DNA of 64,000 bases, taken from positions 186,001-250,000 of the forward strand of contig JALMLS010000556.1 in the NCBI GenBank assembly GCA_038496445.1. The letters run 5' to 3'. Positions 62,156 through 64,000 of the stretch are shown here, piece by piece. Position 1 is the stretch's first letter; each line of letters opens with the position of its first letter. Under the pieces are notes generated by a model that worked only from the letters and a program-made list of their open reading frames with translations, was not told the origin of the DNA and did not search any database. Made by a program: the position numbers and the translations under genes. The stretch comes from Trichosphaerium sp. ATCC 40318 (taxonomy: Eukaryota; Protista; Tubulinea).

Positions 62156-63589
62156 GTTTCATCATACGTTAATGTGTTTAGTTGAGATAATTGAACTTGT
62201 GCGTTAGACAAGTGAACATTAGTAATTTGAGTACTATCAGCATACATTGATATCCACCTTTGTCCAACTTCTAAGCTCAATGCAGTTGACATATGAAACA
62301 AGGCCAATTGCAAATCTATATTTTATCTGAGAAACGTGTTTTAAGATGTGTACATTACAGAATCACGCTATTCCTCTGATGTACAAGTAGTAGAAACGAT
62401 ACCAGTTATCAATTAAATTAACTGATATTACTTACAGGTGACAGTACTGTTGATTACGAGTCTTTGAGTCATCCTATGGTTGTAGTACCACAGGGTAAAG
62501 TAAACATCCTGTAAGGTAAGAAGCAGGTATCAACGTGAAATGCTCTACAAAACTTGCTTGCAGTTTCCATAGAAGCAATACTGAGTTCGGCTGCATTGCA
62601 CTGTACGCATATCTGATTTGTACAGCCACAGAGCCTATCTAGGCCGCATTTTTCGCGACATTTACCAACACAAGCACTGTAAAAATACGACCATTTATAA
62701 ATACGCATACTAAACCACTACGCCAAAAGCGTAAATAACAGTCACTAACGGATTGAGGTGGTAACCTTACGCGACTATATAACCGTCACACGGGCAGAAA
62801 AAAAGTGTAGTTCGAAAAGGTTTTTCAAATATTTCACCAAATAGTAGCGAATACCTCACTCAACTTTGTTGCTTGATAGTGGCGTTTTGCGGGCTATTTT
62901 TTACCCCGCCCAGCGAACACAAAGGGTGTTATCATAATGTCGTTATTGAAACCAGACAGAATTGTCATTATTACGAGAACCGGACGCCAAAATACAAGAA
63001 CGTTGTGCTGTGTATCTTTTCATCAACGGTGGAGATTTTATTCTTTATTTTGTTTCTATGCTGGTTTCATCTACGATTTTTAGATGTCACGTACAGCTAT
63101 CGTACATTGAGCAACTCGCAGTGGAGGTGGCAACAAGTTTGTAACAAGACTAACGCATTAACTGCAGCAAGGGCTCACAACGTAATGAATTGAAGTATTT
63201 AAAGCACTTGAATGTCCTTTAGTGTTTTTTTCTCGACCAAAACAGTTTTAAAAAGTGATCAAACAATCTGCTTACGCATGAAAAGCGTTCGAACAAGTCT
63301 CTCTTTTCAAAATTACTGCAAACACGTGAAGCACGGCAAATAATAACCTGAGCACAGCAAATATGCATTATGAAGTATTACCTAGGCACCTAAACACACG
63401 AATTCAAGTCTTGGAGACAAACGCGTGTTATAAGTTTTGGTTCTTTTCCTCTAATAACCGGCTAGCAACGGGTACACACGCTAGCGTAGTGCAGTGCAAC
63501 CTCAAAAAAGAAACAACTCACAAAAATAAGTGGTTTTTAGCGAGAGCCTTAAAAGAAGGATAACTTGGTGCTGTATGGTTTTTTTAGCA

Positions 63590-64000
63590 CTTTTTCATTT
63601 TTATGTAGCATGCTTTTATTTCGCTTATTGAACATAGATTCATCAGCTCTACACTCTTGAAAAGGTGGCCATCTACACTAGTGTTCATGGTATTAGCAAC
63701 CAGCTGGGAATTTGGTGCATGTACTTTACCTTTACTTTGTCTACATTGCTACGGCTCATTCTGAGACGGACATACATGGGTGCCTGCCAAGGGCTTACAT
63801 CAGAGTTGCACTGACTGCTTTCAAAATGGAAAAGACGTAGGGATGTTACTACATGATATAAGACACAAAATACCCTTGCACATAAGATGAATGCTTTTTA
63901 CACCAGAATTCCACCACCTTTGCAAAAGTGTAGAGCAATGAATCTATGTAAGATACCAAGTGAAAAGCCTTACCTCCTGTGGATGCCAATAGTAAGTACC
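63590..64000 (-). other. Possible 3' exons of a gene running off the window edge
   Basis: Splice-like sites (caggag|gtaagg, catag|att) and the frame IHCSTLLQRWWNSGVKAFILCAR; the product is unassignable. Confidence 0.3.

Overview
This is AT-rich, gene-dense, intron-rich eukaryotic DNA. Introns are short GT-AG types with GTAAGT/GTACGT donors, plus a few GC-AG. The gene content (class C GPCR, multi-RGS, CAP protein, F-box expansions) suggests a free-living protist, probably an amoebozoan; that assignment is inference. About 30 genes or gene fragments were reconstructed by splicing by eye. Housekeeping genes: sterol C4-methyl oxidase, MSC7/ALDH22-type ALDH, mitochondrial carrier, SDR, CDK5-like kinase, WD40, AKR and a BBE-like oxidase. 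Between 9 and 51 kb lies an accessory region. It holds a four-copy mosaic family of secreted proteins with an invariant RKR-delimited C-terminal peptide, a helical-repeat protein ending in a PD-(D/E)XK nuclease-like domain, three intronless F-box/LRR genes of giant-virus style, further F-box/SPRY/BTB adaptors, a perfect 105-bp inverted exon copy, and a diverged inverted repeat pair around a CAP gene. A clean 364-bp MITE with an 8-bp TSD sits at 61.8 kb. Several single-base frameshifts fall in A/T homopolymers and are probably assembly errors. No rRNA, tRNA or CRISPR array was seen. All domain calls come from motif recognition, not database searches.
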